NCBI GenBank assembly: GCA_051747805.1
Contig: JBNJGP010000056.1
Span: forward strand, 1 to 17,300
Origin: Candidatus Muiribacteriota bacterium
GTDB taxonomy: Bacteria > Muiribacteriota > Muiribacteriia > Muiribacteriales > Muiribacteriaceae
Direction: 5' to 3'
DNA length: 17,300 nt
Each line of letters starts with the position of its first letter. Position 1 is the first letter of the stretch. The notes under the pieces are model-generated. The model had not been told where the DNA came from and made no database searches. It saw only the letters and a list, made by a program, of their open reading frames with translations. Positions 16,066 through 17,300 of this stretch are shown in pieces. Made by a program: the position numbers and the translations under genes.

Positions 16066-17259
16066 ATGTCAGTTAAAGAAAAAATAAGTAAGAGGGCAGA
16101 CCATTACAGAAATGATATAATTTCCTTTCTGCAGCAGATGGTGCAGACAAAATCATATAGTAAAAAAGAAGAAGATGTGGTTAAGTTGATAACATCAAAA
16201 ATGAATGAACTTGAATTTGATGAAGTCAAAATCGATGGTCTTGGAAATGCTATGGGAAGAATGGGACATGGAGATAAAGTTATTTTTTACGATGGACATA
16301 TAGATACAGTAGAAGTTGTTGATGAAAAAGAGTTTAAATTTCCTCCATTTGCGGCAGAAATCCATGAAGGAAAAATGTACGGGAGAGGAACTGTTGATGA
16401 AAAAAGTGGAGTTGCATGTATGGTATATGCAGCAAAAATCATGAAAGAGCTTGATCTACTTGAAGATTATACTTTGTGGGTAGTTGGTTCTGTTATGGAA
16501 GAAGATTGTGACGGATACTGTCATGTTTACATTAATGAAAAAGAAAATATAAAGGCAGATTATGTAGTGCTTGCCGAACCAACTGACATGAATGTTTACA
16601 GAGGACATAGAGGTCGAATGGAGATGACAGTTAGCGTTAAAGGGCGTGCGGCCCATGGGGCGCATTGTGACCGTGGTGATAATGCTATTTATAAAATGTC
16701 AAAAATAGTTAATGAAATTGAAGAGCTACATAAGAACCTTAAAAATGATGAATTTCTAGGTAAAGGTTCAATAACAGTTTCAAAAATTGAATCTACAGCA
16801 CCATCTCAATGCTCAGTTTCTGATTCTGCAAAAATATTTTTAGATAGAAGATTAACTGTTGGAGAAACCAGAGAAAGCGCTTTAGAAGAAATTAAAAACC
16901 TTCCTTCTTTTAAAAAGGCCGGGGGGGATGTTGAAGTATTAAATTATGAAGGATTTGCCTGGACTGGAATTAAAGCACAGCAGGAGGCATACTTTCCGAC
17001 TTGGGTACTTGAAGAAGAGCATCCGCTTGTAACGGCTGCGTTTAAAGCGGCAGAAGATTTTAATAAAAAAGATACAAAAATTTCAAGATGGGTTTTTTCA
17101 ACAAATGGAGTTGCTACAATGGGCAGATATAATATTCCTTCAATTGGTTTTGCTCCAGGACTTGAAGAACTTGCACATTCTGTTGATGAATTTATAGAAA
17201 TTGATGAGCTGGTTACGGCAACAGAAGTTTATGCTATGATACCGCAGTATTTAAAATAA
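16066..17259 (+). CDS. ygeY: YgeY-family selenium metabolism-linked M20 metallohydrolase
   Basis: DGHIDTV, YGRGTVDEKSG, MEEDCDG, EPT...YRGHRGRME, YFPTW, RWVFSTNGVA, GFAPG.E..AH motifs; SD AAGGAG 16054-16059. Confidence 0.85.
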   Translation: MSVKEKISKRADHYRNDIISFLQQMVQTKSYSKKEEDVVKLITSKMNELEFDEVKIDGLGNAMGRMGHGDKVIFYDGHIDTVEVVDEKEFKFPPFAAEIHEGKMYGRGTVDEKSGVACMVYAAKIMKELDLLEDYTLWVVGSVMEEDCDGYCHVYINEKENIKADYVVLAEPTDMNVYRGHRGRMEMTVSVKGRAAHGAHCDRGDNAIYKMSKIVNEIEELHKNLKNDEFLGKGSITVSKIESTAPSQCSVSDSAKIFLDRRLTVGETRESALEEIKNLPSFKKAGGDVEVLNYEGFAWTGIKAQQEAYFPTWVLEEEHPLVTAAFKAAEDFNKKDTKISRWVFSTNGVATMGRYNIPSIGFAPGLEELAHSVDEFIEIDELVTATEVYAMIPQYLK

Positions 17260-17300
17260 AAACTTGAGTTTAGCAAAAAACAGAAATTTTAACCTGTAGA

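Noticed and set aside
10582..16665. Minus-strand ORFs 10582-10911, 11830-12144, 13296-13562, 13692-13925, 14754-14972 and 16456-16665
   Set aside because: All overlap conserved + strand genes (pyk, ABC exporters, ygeY) and show no independent coding signal
17259..17280. Terminator after ygeY (AAACT-TG-AGTTT)
   Set aside because: Stem is short and AT-rich with a 2-nt loop and no + strand U-tract; not a credible intrinsic terminator

Overview
AT-rich bacterial window (standard genetic code, TGA used as stop) with 15 densely packed genes, all on the + strand and many translationally coupled. Order: two tandem, diverged four-gene cassettes of a GldA/GldF/GldG-like ABC-2 transporter plus a DUF4340-like protein (259-3789 and 3776-7972); a divergent ECF-type transporter module (double-NBD ATPase, putative S component, T component; 7969-10589); pyruvate kinase with a C-terminal PEP-utilising mobile domain lacking its phospho-His; a heterodimeric MdlAB/BmrCD-type ABC exporter, possibly on a leaderless transcript; and a YgeY-family M20 hydrolase without its usual neighbours. 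The non-coding left end has a tandem heptamer array (C[T/C]TCTCA) and a good sigma70 promoter. An 11-bp motif beside the array recurs inverted at the extreme right end. No RNA genes, CRISPR arrays, transposases or integrases were seen. All family assignments come from motif recognition by eye, not database searches.
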